NCBI GenBank assembly: GCA_903861205.1
Contig: CAIOTC010000018.1
Coordinates: 11,800-75,799 of the forward strand
From: an uncultured bacterium
GTDB taxonomy: Bacteria; Patescibacteriota; Minisyncoccia; Phycocordibacterales; DATDWN01
Reading direction: 5' to 3'
Length of the DNA stretch: 64,000 bases
The notes under the pieces are model-generated. The model saw nothing but the letters and a program-made list of their open reading frames with translations, did no database searches and was not told where the DNA came from. Both the position numbers and the translations under genes were made by a program. The first letter of the stretch is position 1; each line of letters opens with the position of its first letter. Shown in pieces: positions 29,037 to 36,060 of the stretch.

Positions 29037-30989
29037 ATGATGAATAAACGCAATGTCCAATTGGTTCAGGTAAATTATCGATATGGGTCAAATGTTTTTG
29101 TCCCATACTCCGTCGGTTCTCTGCAAGCGTACGCAGAAACCATTCCGGAAATTAAGAAAAATTTTCGTTTTCAGGAACCTCTCTTTTTGCGAGAAGATCC
29201 GATCAGTGTTGTTCGTAAAATGAAAAACCCGTCTGTTGTTGGTTTCTCGTGTTATCTCTGGAACTGGGAGTACAACACAGCTCTAGCCAAGGTTATGAGA
29301 GAAGCATTTCCAAAGACACTGATTGTTTTTGGAGGAACACAGGTGCCAACAGAATCGGGTGGATTTTTCAAAAAATATCCGTACGTGGATCTTTTGGTTC
29401 ATCACGAAGGTGAACTGTCGTTCGCGGATATTTTGGAGGAATCGCTTTCGATAAATCCGGATTACACGAATATATCAGGACTTAGTGTCAGAGTCGAAGG
29501 AAATCAAACTCTGAAAACTCCGCCACGTGAGAGGTTAAGTGATCTGTCTCTGCTACCGTCACCTTATCTTGCTGGTATTTTTGACTTCATGTTGGGAAGA
29601 GGATTTTCGCTCAACGTTAGTCAGGAGACCAATCGCGGGTGTCCATACTCATGCACATTTTGTGATTGGGGCGGGGCCACTTATTCCAAAATGTTTTCGA
29701 TAGATCAAGGCCGGATTCTCGATGAGTTCCACTGGTTTGGTAAAAACCAAGCCGAGTATCTGTTCAACTGTGATGCTAATTATGGCATTTTGCCTCGTGA
29801 TTACGACCTTACTCTGAAAATGATTGAGGTTCGTGCGAGGTATGATGGCTATCCGAAAAGATTTCGAATGTGCACCGCTAAAAACAGCAACGACAAAATT
29901 TTTGAAATTGTCAAAATTATTTCGGATGCTGGGATGAACAAGGGTGCCACTTTGTCTTTTCAGTCGATGGATGAGGACACACTCTCCATTGTCAAAAGAA
30001 AGAATATCAAAATTGAGAAGTTTTCTCAATTGATGGACCGGTACGGAGAAGAAGGAATTGCCACCTACACTGAACTTATCCTGGGGATGCCGGGCGAGTC
30101 TTATAAAAGTACAAAGGACGGCATAGACACTTTGATTCCCGGTCAAGACGACAGTATCAACATCTATGTTTATCCATGCACCGCATTACCAAATTCGGAG
30201 ATGAGTGATCCGGTTTATGCTAAGGTACATGGAATAAAGTCGGTGCGAATACCGATACTCCTTTCCCATTCCACTCCGGAGCCGCAATCGTTGACTGAGT
30301 ACAGCTCTGCTATCGTGGAGACATCCTCCATGTCGCGAGAAGATTGGTGTCGCAGCTACATGTTCTACTGGGCGATTCAGTGCTTCCATTGTCTGGGATT
30401 GACTCAACATATCGCTATTCTTTTTCACAAGCACTTTGGTGTAAAGTACAGCGATTTCTATGAAAGATTTGTCGAGTATTTCGCCATGAACAAAGAAAGC
30501 CTCATTGGAGGGGAAGTTGCCTTAACTTGGAAAATTGTTAGGTCGGCCCAAGACGGTGGACGACTTGACAGAATTATTCCAAAGTTCGGTAATATTTATT
30601 GGCCCCTGGAGGAAGCCACGTTTTTAAACTTAGTTTCCGACAAAGAGCGTTTCTACACAGAAGTTCGACATTTTCTCGGGGCGTTGATGCGTGATTTGGG
30701 TCTGGGTTTGGATGAAGTTGATCCTGTTTTGCTGGACGATATTGTTTTGTACGAATCGTCGAGAATTATTGGTCCGAATCTCCCGCCACAATCAATCGTT
30801 CTTCATTACAACCTACATCAGTACTTGAGTAGGTTACGAGATTCATCGGCCAGGCTCGAAAGCCTACCGACGAACCTTGGTTTCAAAGCCGAAACAGATT
30901 TTGACGGAGATCTCGAAAGATATGCCAAGGAAGTTCTTTGGTATGGCAGAAAAGGTGGAAAATTTCACCACAGAATAGAATTAAATTAG
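29037..30989 (+). CDS. B12-binding-domain radical SAM protein (class B radical SAM, function unknown)
   Basis: The N-terminal region is cobalamin-binding-like and the radical SAM core carries a CxxxCxxC triad (NRGCPYSCTFCDWGG). An AGGAGG RBS lies 5 nt upstream. The protein is large (650 aa) with an extra C-terminal domain. Confidence 0.65.
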   Translation: MMNKRNVQLVQVNYRYGSNVFVPYSVGSLQAYAETIPEIKKNFRFQEPLFLREDPISVVRKMKNPSVVGFSCYLWNWEYNTALAKVMREAFPKTLIVFGGTQVPTESGGFFKKYPYVDLLVHHEGELSFADILEESLSINPDYTNISGLSVRVEGNQTLKTPPRERLSDLSLLPSPYLAGIFDFMLGRGFSLNVSQETNRGCPYSCTFCDWGGATYSKMFSIDQGRILDEFHWFGKNQAEYLFNCDANYGILPRDYDLTLKMIEVRARYDGYPKRFRMCTAKNSNDKIFEIVKIISDAGMNKGATLSFQSMDEDTLSIVKRKNIKIEKFSQLMDRYGEEGIATYTELILGMPGESYKSTKDGIDTLIPGQDDSINIYVYPCTALPNSEMSDPVYAKVHGIKSVRIPILLSHSTPEPQSLTEYSSAIVETSSMSREDWCRSYMFYWAIQCFHCLGLTQHIAILFHKHFGVKYSDFYERFVEYFAMNKESLIGGEVALTWKIVRSAQDGGRLDRIIPKFGNIYWPLEEATFLNLVSDKERFYTEVRHFLGALMRDLGLGLDEVDPVLLDDIVLYESSRIIGPNLPPQSIVLHYNLHQYLSRLRDSSARLESLPTNLGFKAETDFDGDLERYAKEVLWYGRKGGKFHHRIELN

Positions 30990-30994
30990 TTTTT

Positions 30995-31032
30995 ACACGC
31001 CTCAGTTGGTTCAACCAGCTGGGCGTTTTTTT
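30995..31032. terminator. Bidirectional terminator hairpin between the radical SAM gene and fcl
   Basis: The sequence acgcctcagttggttcaaccagctgggcgt is an imperfect inverted repeat followed by a T-run and lies between convergent genes. Confidence 0.4.
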
Positions 31033-31035
31033 AAA

Positions 31036-31989
31036 TTATTTTTTGTCTTTAGGGCGATTTTTTAGAAACCAATCAATAGTTTTTTTCAATCCTGTTTTTA
31101 AATCTACTTCTGAAACAAATCCGAGTTCTCTTTTGGCAAGACTTACATCCAACTTTCTTCTTGGTTGTCCGTCCGGTTTGGTTTTATCCCAGACGATTTT
31201 TCCTTTGTAATCAATTATTTCCGCAATAATTTTAATTACATCTTTTATTTTGATTTCAAAACTACTACCTATATTTATAGGATTAACGTTGTTGTATTTC
31301 AGTGTTGCCAAAACTATTGCTCTGGCCGCATCTTCTACAAATAAAAATTCACGACTGGCCCGTCCCGTACCCCAGACAACCACTTCCGGTTTGTTTTGCT
31401 CTTTAGCCTCAACAAATCGTCGTATAAGAGCGGGAATAACATGTGAATGGGTGGGATTAAAATTATCTCTGGGGCCGTATAGATTTACCAAAATGAGGTT
31501 GATTCCGTTAAAATCATACTGATCCTTATAAGCTTCCAGTTGAACTATGAGCATTTTTTTCGATAATCCATACGGAGCATTTGTTTCTTCGGGGTAACCT
31601 ATCCAGAGATCTTCTTCCATAAAGGGGATTCGAATGGGGATTTTAGGATATGCGCAGACGGTTCCGATTTGAACAAATTTTTTTACTTTGGCTTTGCGAG
31701 CTTCTTCTATAAGATGTATTCCCATTACAGCATTATCGTAAAATAAAATTCCCGGAAATTCTTTGTTGAAACCTATACCTCCGACTGTTGCGGCCAAGTG
31801 AATAACCACGTCCATATTTTTTACTGCCTTCTCGCAATTTTTTTGTATTCGCAAATCCAACTTTTTACTTCTTGGGCGAAAAATATTTTTTTCTTGAGCG
31901 CCGTTTTTCAAAAGTCCTTCAAACACAGCCTGTCCCAAAAAACCGTAACCCCCGGTAAGCAAAATTTTTTTGTTTTTTATATCAATCAT
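31036..31989 (-). CDS. fcl: GDP-L-fucose synthase (GDP-4-keto-6-deoxy-D-mannose 3,5-epimerase/4-reductase)
   Basis: It has the SDR Rossmann motif KILLTGGYGFLGQAV, is ~317 aa, and sits immediately downstream of gmd in the same orientation. Confidence 0.7.
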   Translation of the reverse strand: MIDIKNKKILLTGGYGFLGQAVFEGLLKNGAQEKNIFRPRSKKLDLRIQKNCEKAVKNMDVVIHLAATVGGIGFNKEFPGILFYDNAVMGIHLIEEARKAKVKKFVQIGTVCAYPKIPIRIPFMEEDLWIGYPEETNAPYGLSKKMLIVQLEAYKDQYDFNGINLILVNLYGPRDNFNPTHSHVIPALIRRFVEAKEQNKPEVVVWGTGRASREFLFVEDAARAIVLATLKYNNVNPINIGSSFEIKIKDVIKIIAEIIDYKGKIVWDKTKPDGQPRRKLDVSLAKRELGFVSEVDLKTGLKKTIDWFLKNRPKDKK

Positions 31990-32007
31990 AATTTTGGTCT
32001 TAATAAT

Positions 32008-33036
32008 TTATTTATTTTTTTCGTAATCATACTCGGTCATGATTTTGACCAGCTCTTTGAATTTCACTTTTGGTTTCCAACCCAGTTTTTTCTTGGCTTT
32101 GGAATAGTCGCCGAGGAGTATTTCCACTTCGGCCGGACGAAAATAAACCGGGTCGATTTCAATTATAACTTTCCCTGTTTTTTTATCAACACCTTTCTCT
32201 TTCAAACCTTTTCCTTTCCAGACGATGTCCATTCCCAGTGTCTTGGCCGCCTCTTCGACGAATTCCCGGACCGTGTGAGTTTCGTTCGTGGCCAATATAT
32301 AGTCGTCCGGAGTTTTTTGCTGAAGCATCAGCCACATTCCCGCCACGTAATCTTTGGCGTAACCCCAGTCTCTTTTGGCGTCAAGATTTCCGAGATATAT
32401 TTTGTCTTGAGTCCCTAGTTTTATTTTGGAAAGACCTTTTGTTATTTTTCTGGTCACGAAAGTTTCTCCGCGACGCTCCGATTCGTGATTAAAAAGTATC
32501 CCATTCACCGCAAACAATCCATAGCTCTCTCGGTAATTTTTTGTAATCCAATACGAATACACTTTGGCGCAACCGTAAGGCGAGCGGGGATGGAAAGGGC
32601 TCGTTTCGCGAAGCGGTATCTCGCTGGCCAGACCGAACATTTCGGAAGACGACGCCTGGTAAAATTTTGTTTTTATGCCACTTGACCTGATGACGTCGAG
32701 TATGCGCGTGGTGGAGAGTCCCGTCACGTCGCCGGTGTATTCGGGCAAATCGAAACTGACCCGGACGTGGCTTTGGGCGCCAAGATGGTAAATTTCATCC
32801 GGTTTTACTTGTTCCAATATTCTATTTATATTGCTGGAATCGGAAAGATCGCCAAAGTGTAAATGGAGATTGACATTTTTCGTATGCGGATCGTTGTAAA
32901 GATGGTCTATCCGGCCGGTATTAAAAGAGCTTGATCGTCGAATAATGCCGTGCACTTCGTACCCTTTTTCCAAAAGCAACTCGGCCAAGTACGAGCCGTC
33001 CTGGCCGGTGATGCCGGTAATCAAAGCTTTTTTCAT
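32008..33036 (-). CDS. gmd: GDP-mannose 4,6-dehydratase
   Basis: [47 protein letters not shown] is the canonical Gmd N-terminus. The ORF-track start at 33072 adds 12 aa, and the internal ATG at 33036 is the likely start. Confidence 0.85.
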   Translation of the reverse strand: MKKALITGITGQDGSYLAELLLEKGYEVHGIIRRSSSFNTGRIDHLYNDPHTKNVNLHLHFGDLSDSSNINRILEQVKPDEIYHLGAQSHVRVSFDLPEYTGDVTGLSTTRILDVIRSSGIKTKFYQASSSEMFGLASEIPLRETSPFHPRSPYGCAKVYSYWITKNYRESYGLFAVNGILFNHESERRGETFVTRKITKGLSKIKLGTQDKIYLGNLDAKRDWGYAKDYVAGMWLMLQQKTPDDYILATNETHTVREFVEEAAKTLGMDIVWKGKGLKEKGVDKKTGKVIIEIDPVYFRPAEVEILLGDYSKAKKKLGWKPKVKFKELVKIMTEYDYEKNK

Positions 33037-33096
33037 ATGCAAGTTATACCATAATGGTATTTTCTTTTCCAATTTGGATTTGCTATACTTTCAAAC

Positions 33097-35268
33097 ATGA
33101 AAACAAAAAAAATACTCGAGTGGATAATTATGGGCGGTTTGTTTCTGACTCCGTTCATCGCTTTTATTGTTTTGGGAAACACTTTTTTCCCTTTTATCAC
33201 CGGTAAAGGATTCGCTTTCAGGATTCTGATTGAAATTCTGTTCGGCCTGTATGTCGTGCTCTCTGCCATGGCGCCGGAGTATCGACCAAAAATGTCCTGG
33301 GTCACAAAAGCGGTCGGCGCTTTCGTCCTGGTCACTCTGGTGGCCGATCTTTTTTCCGCCAACGTCTACAAAAGCCTTTGGAGCAACTACGAGCGTATGG
33401 AAGGTTTCGTTTTGATTTTTCACCTCGCACTATATTATATAGTGGCGACCGGCATGTTTCGAACGATGTCGCGTTGGATAGAGTGGATTAATGTCACGTT
33501 AGGCGCCAGCGTCATCATGTCCATTTATGGCGTTCTTCAGCTTCTCGGCAAAGCGACTATCAACCAAGGCGGCGTTCGTCTCGACGGCAAGTTTGGCAAC
33601 GCATCGTATTTCGCCATCTACCTCGTCTTCCATATTTTCCTGGCTCTATATATGTTGTCGCGCCATTACCGATTTGCTTGGCAGAAATGGATTTACGGCG
33701 TGGTGGCCTTGTTTGAAATTTGGATTTTGTACTTTACCGCCACGCGCGGCGCCATTCTCGGTTTTATCGGCGGACTTTTGCTCGCGGCCATTCTCATTGC
33801 TTGGCGGGAAAAAGAAAATAAAATTATACGCAAAGTCGCTCTCGGCACTTTGGCCGGTATTATAATTCTTGGCGCCGGTTTTGTGGCGATCCGCAATGTG
33901 TCATTTGTCAGAAACAGTTCTGTTTTGTCGCGTTTTTCTTCGCTTAGTCCGAGCGAATTTCAAACACAGGGAAGATATTATGTTTGGCCGATGGCCATCA
34001 AAGGTTTTCTCGACCGACCGGTTTTCGGCTGGGGACAGGAGAGCTTCAATTTCGTTTTCAACAAATATTATGATCCGCGAATGTACGGACAGGAGCAGTG
34101 GTTTGACCGCACGCACGACGTCGTTTTGGATTGGCTCATTAACGGCGGAATTGTCGGACTTTTGGCCTACGCTTCGATGTTTGCCGCGGTCATGTATTGC
34201 CTGTGGCGCAAGAAAAGCGAATTTTCCGTTATCGAAAAAAGTTTGTTCACTGGCATGATTGCCGCTTACGTATTCCACAATTTATTCGTTTTTGATAATC
34301 TGGTCAGTTACATTTTGTTTTTCTCCATTTTGGCTTTTGTTCACACAAAAAGTACGTTGCATGATGCTCCGACCGGCAAATTTTACACTTACACTTTTTC
34401 CAAAGATACTTTGCGATACGCGATCGTGCCTGTTGTCGGTGTGGTTGCGATCGGTGCGGTTTACTTTGTCAATGTGCCGGCTATAAAGGAAAATCTCACT
34501 TTGATTCAAGCCATCACGCCTCAACAGACAGGCGGCGCGGAAGCCAATCTGGCGCTCTTCAAAAAAGCTTTCGCCTACAATTCATTCGGTAACAGCGAAG
34601 CTCTCGAACAACTCATTTCGGTCAGTTCGCAAGTGGCCCAATCCCAAACTCCGGATTCGGTCAAGCAGGAATTTTACAATTTCGCCAAGGAACAGTTGGA
34701 AAAGAAAATAGCTTCCACGCCTCACGACGCGCGCTACTTGGCTTTCGCCGGCAGTTTCTTAAACCAGTTCGGTCAATACGATTTGGCCATTCCGTACTTG
34801 CAACGCGCTGTTGTGGAATCTCCGGGAAAACAGGCCATGTACTTTGAACTCGGCACTTCTTATGTCGGGAAAAGAGATTACGCCGGCGCTTTTGATTTGT
34901 TCAAAAAAGCTTACGACCTCGAGCCGAATTCTCCGGAATCGAAAATCATTTACGCAGTTGGCGCCATTTACACCAAGAACGCCGACGTTCTAAAGCAAAT
35001 CGGTCCGCAGATTGACGCCAAAACCATCGTGAGCGACAATCGCTTTTTGCAGGCCTACGCCACCATCGGGGATTACCAAAGCGTCATTGCCATTCTGACC
35101 GAAAGATTGAAAGCCGATCCGACAAACATGCAGTTTGAGATCTCGCTCGCTTCGGCCTATTTACAAATCGGCCAGAAACAGAAAGCGATTGATATCCTAA
35201 ATCAGATGATCAAACAAGACCCAACCTTCAAAGATCAGGGTGAAGCGTATATCAAGCAAGTCCAGTAA
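33097..35268 (+). CDS. O-antigen ligase/polymerase-like (Wzy_C) polytopic membrane domain with C-terminal TPR repeats
   Basis: The first ~430 aa have about 10-12 TM helices with a large periplasmic loop. The C-terminal ~280 aa contain TPR-like helical repeats (…YLQRAVVESPGKQAMYFELGTSYVGKRDYAGAFDLFKKAYDLEPNS…). Confidence 0.5.
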   Translation: MKTKKILEWIIMGGLFLTPFIAFIVLGNTFFPFITGKGFAFRILIEILFGLYVVLSAMAPEYRPKMSWVTKAVGAFVLVTLVADLFSANVYKSLWSNYERMEGFVLIFHLALYYIVATGMFRTMSRWIEWINVTLGASVIMSIYGVLQLLGKATINQGGVRLDGKFGNASYFAIYLVFHIFLALYMLSRHYRFAWQKWIYGVVALFEIWILYFTATRGAILGFIGGLLLAAILIAWREKENKIIRKVALGTLAGIIILGAGFVAIRNVSFVRNSSVLSRFSSLSPSEFQTQGRYYVWPMAIKGFLDRPVFGWGQESFNFVFNKYYDPRMYGQEQWFDRTHDVVLDWLINGGIVGLLAYASMFAAVMYCLWRKKSEFSVIEKSLFTGMIAAYVFHNLFVFDNLVSYILFFSILAFVHTKSTLHDAPTGKFYTYTFSKDTLRYAIVPVVGVVAIGAVYFVNVPAIKENLTLIQAITPQQTGGAEANLALFKKAFAYNSFGNSEALEQLISVSSQVAQSQTPDSVKQEFYNFAKEQLEKKIASTPHDARYLAFAGSFLNQFGQYDLAIPYLQRAVVESPGKQAMYFELGTSYVGKRDYAGAFDLFKKAYDLEPNSPESKIIYAVGAIYTKNADVLKQIGPQIDAKTIVSDNRFLQAYATIGDYQSVIAILTERLKADPTNMQFEISLASAYLQIGQKQKAIDILNQMIKQDPTFKDQGEAYIKQVQ

Positions 35269-35270
35269 AT

Positions 35271-35360
35271 GTAACAATTTACAATTTTCAATTTCCAATG
35301 AATTTTTCAATGAACCAATTGATCAATTGATTCATTCATTGGAAATTGTAAATTGTTACT
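35271..35360. repeat. Roughly 90-bp AT-rich imperfect palindrome (MITE-like), family 'ttccaatttccaatgaa / ttgatcaattgattcattcattg'
   Basis: The sequence gtaacaatttacaattttcaatttccaatgaatttttcaatgaaccaattgatcaattgattcattcattggaaattgtaaattgttac has matching ends (gtaacaattt…aaattgttac). It lies immediately after the stop of the upstream gene. Confidence 0.6.
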
Positions 35361-35379
35361 TGAAAATTGTTCGCCGAGC

Positions 35380-35408
35380 TTGCATTGTCGGCGAACCTGT
35401 AGTATACT
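35380..35408 (+). promoter_or_regulatory. Candidate sigma70-type promoter (TTGCAT-N17-TATACT) overlapped by a 9-bp-arm inverted repeat
   Basis: The -35 element ttgcat lies at 35380-35385 and the -10 element tatact at 35403-35408, with an exact 17-bp spacer. The inverted repeat gttcgccga…tcggcgaac (35369-35396) overlaps the -35 element. No protein-coding gene lies downstream for ~650 bp. Confidence 0.4.
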
Positions 35409-35476
35409 GTTCCTGTGGGTGTCAATACAAAATTGCGCAAGCGATAATGTACGAACATCAACAACGAATGTCACAT

Positions 35477-35499
35477 AAAGCCCGCTTCTGGCGGGCTTT
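35477..35499 (+). terminator. Perfect 9-bp hairpin (aaagcccgc-ttctg-gcgggcttt), a candidate terminator of a short transcript
   Basis: The hairpin is read directly from the sequence. It lies ~70 nt downstream of the candidate promoter and is followed by TTT. Confidence 0.4.
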
Positions 35500-35596
35500 A
35501 TGCTATACTTATTTTAGTTGCTCCTATGCACAGCTAGTGGATAACACTCACAAACTTTGACATTTGTTGGAGGTTCGTCTCCACTGGCGTTGCATC

Positions 35597-35638
35597 GGAG
35601 TAACAAAAAAATCGCTTCTGCGATTTTTTTGTTACTCC
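35597..35638 (+). terminator. Perfect 19-bp hairpin (ggagtaacaaaaaaatcgc-ttct-gcgatttttttgttactcc)
   Basis: The hairpin is read directly from the sequence. It has the same TTCT(G) loop as the hairpin at 35477-35499. Confidence 0.4.
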
Positions 35639-35647
35639 GAAATTTTC

Positions 35648-35760
35648 AAGTATCAATTTCCAATTTCCAATGAATTTTTCAATGTTTTAATTAATCAAAC
35701 AGGGCATTTGTGTTTTTGAAAATTGATCAATTGATTCATTCATTGAAAATTGAAAATTCT
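35648..35760. repeat. Second copy of the 'ttccaatttccaatgaa…ttgatcaattgattcattcattg' MITE-like element
   Basis: The sequence caatttccaatttccaatgaatttttcaatg … ttgatcaattgattcattcattgaaaattgaaaatt matches both arms of the element at 35271-35360. Confidence 0.55.
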
Positions 35761-35939
35761 TTTTTCTAAAATAATTTTAAAAAAATATTTTAGAAAAAAG
35801 TTATCCACACTTTTCCGCAAAAAAAAGTTTGTATTAAATTCATAAATGTATGATAATTATTGTAGGTCGTAAACAACAAAAAATATTTTTCGAAATAAAT
35901 TTTGTTGCGAACTTAAAAAAATAATTTTTTCTAAATACT

Positions 35940-35993
35940 ATGGCAAAGAAGAAAAAAGTAGCAAAGAAGAAAGCTACAAAGAAGCGAGCATAA
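35940..35993 (+). CDS. Tiny lysine-rich ORF (MAKKKKVAKKKATKKRA, 17 aa) of unknown function
   Basis: The ORF runs from ATG to TAA and is followed 20 nt later by a perfect hairpin terminator. It could be a leader peptide or small protein, or spurious. Confidence 0.2.
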   Translation: MAKKKKVAKKKATKKRA

Positions 35994-36012
35994 TCTCAAT
36001 TCTTTCCTACTT

Positions 36013-36051
36013 GTGAAAACCGCACCGTCAAAAGTGCGGTTTTCACTTTTT
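36013..36051 (+). terminator. Rho-independent terminator-like hairpin (13-bp perfect stem, gtgaaaaccgcac…gtgcggttttcac) followed by TTTTT
   Basis: The hairpin is read directly from the sequence. It lies inside the N-terminal extension of the ORF-track secA call, which argues that secA starts downstream at 36061. Confidence 0.5.
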
Positions 36052-36060
36052 CGTGCTATA

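Noticed and set aside
32238-32685. Plus-strand ORFs (84 aa, 66 aa) and the 206-aa ORF at 31798-32418 antisense to gmd/fcl
   Set aside because: They are nested antisense to two strongly conserved genes and have no independent support.
35540-35600. tRNA-like T-arm sequence (tggaggttcgtctccactgg) in the non-coding region upstream of secA
   Set aside because: I could not assemble a full cloverleaf: there is no acceptor stem, no D-arm and no anticodon arm with proper pairing. It is more likely part of a hairpin-rich sRNA/REP region. A tRNAscan run would settle it.
35271-35760. 'ttccaatttccaatttccaat' reiterations as a possible CRISPR array
   Set aside because: The units are 7-8 bp micro-repeats within palindromic MITE-like elements. 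There are no 25-40-bp repeats separated by unique spacers and no cas genes in the window.
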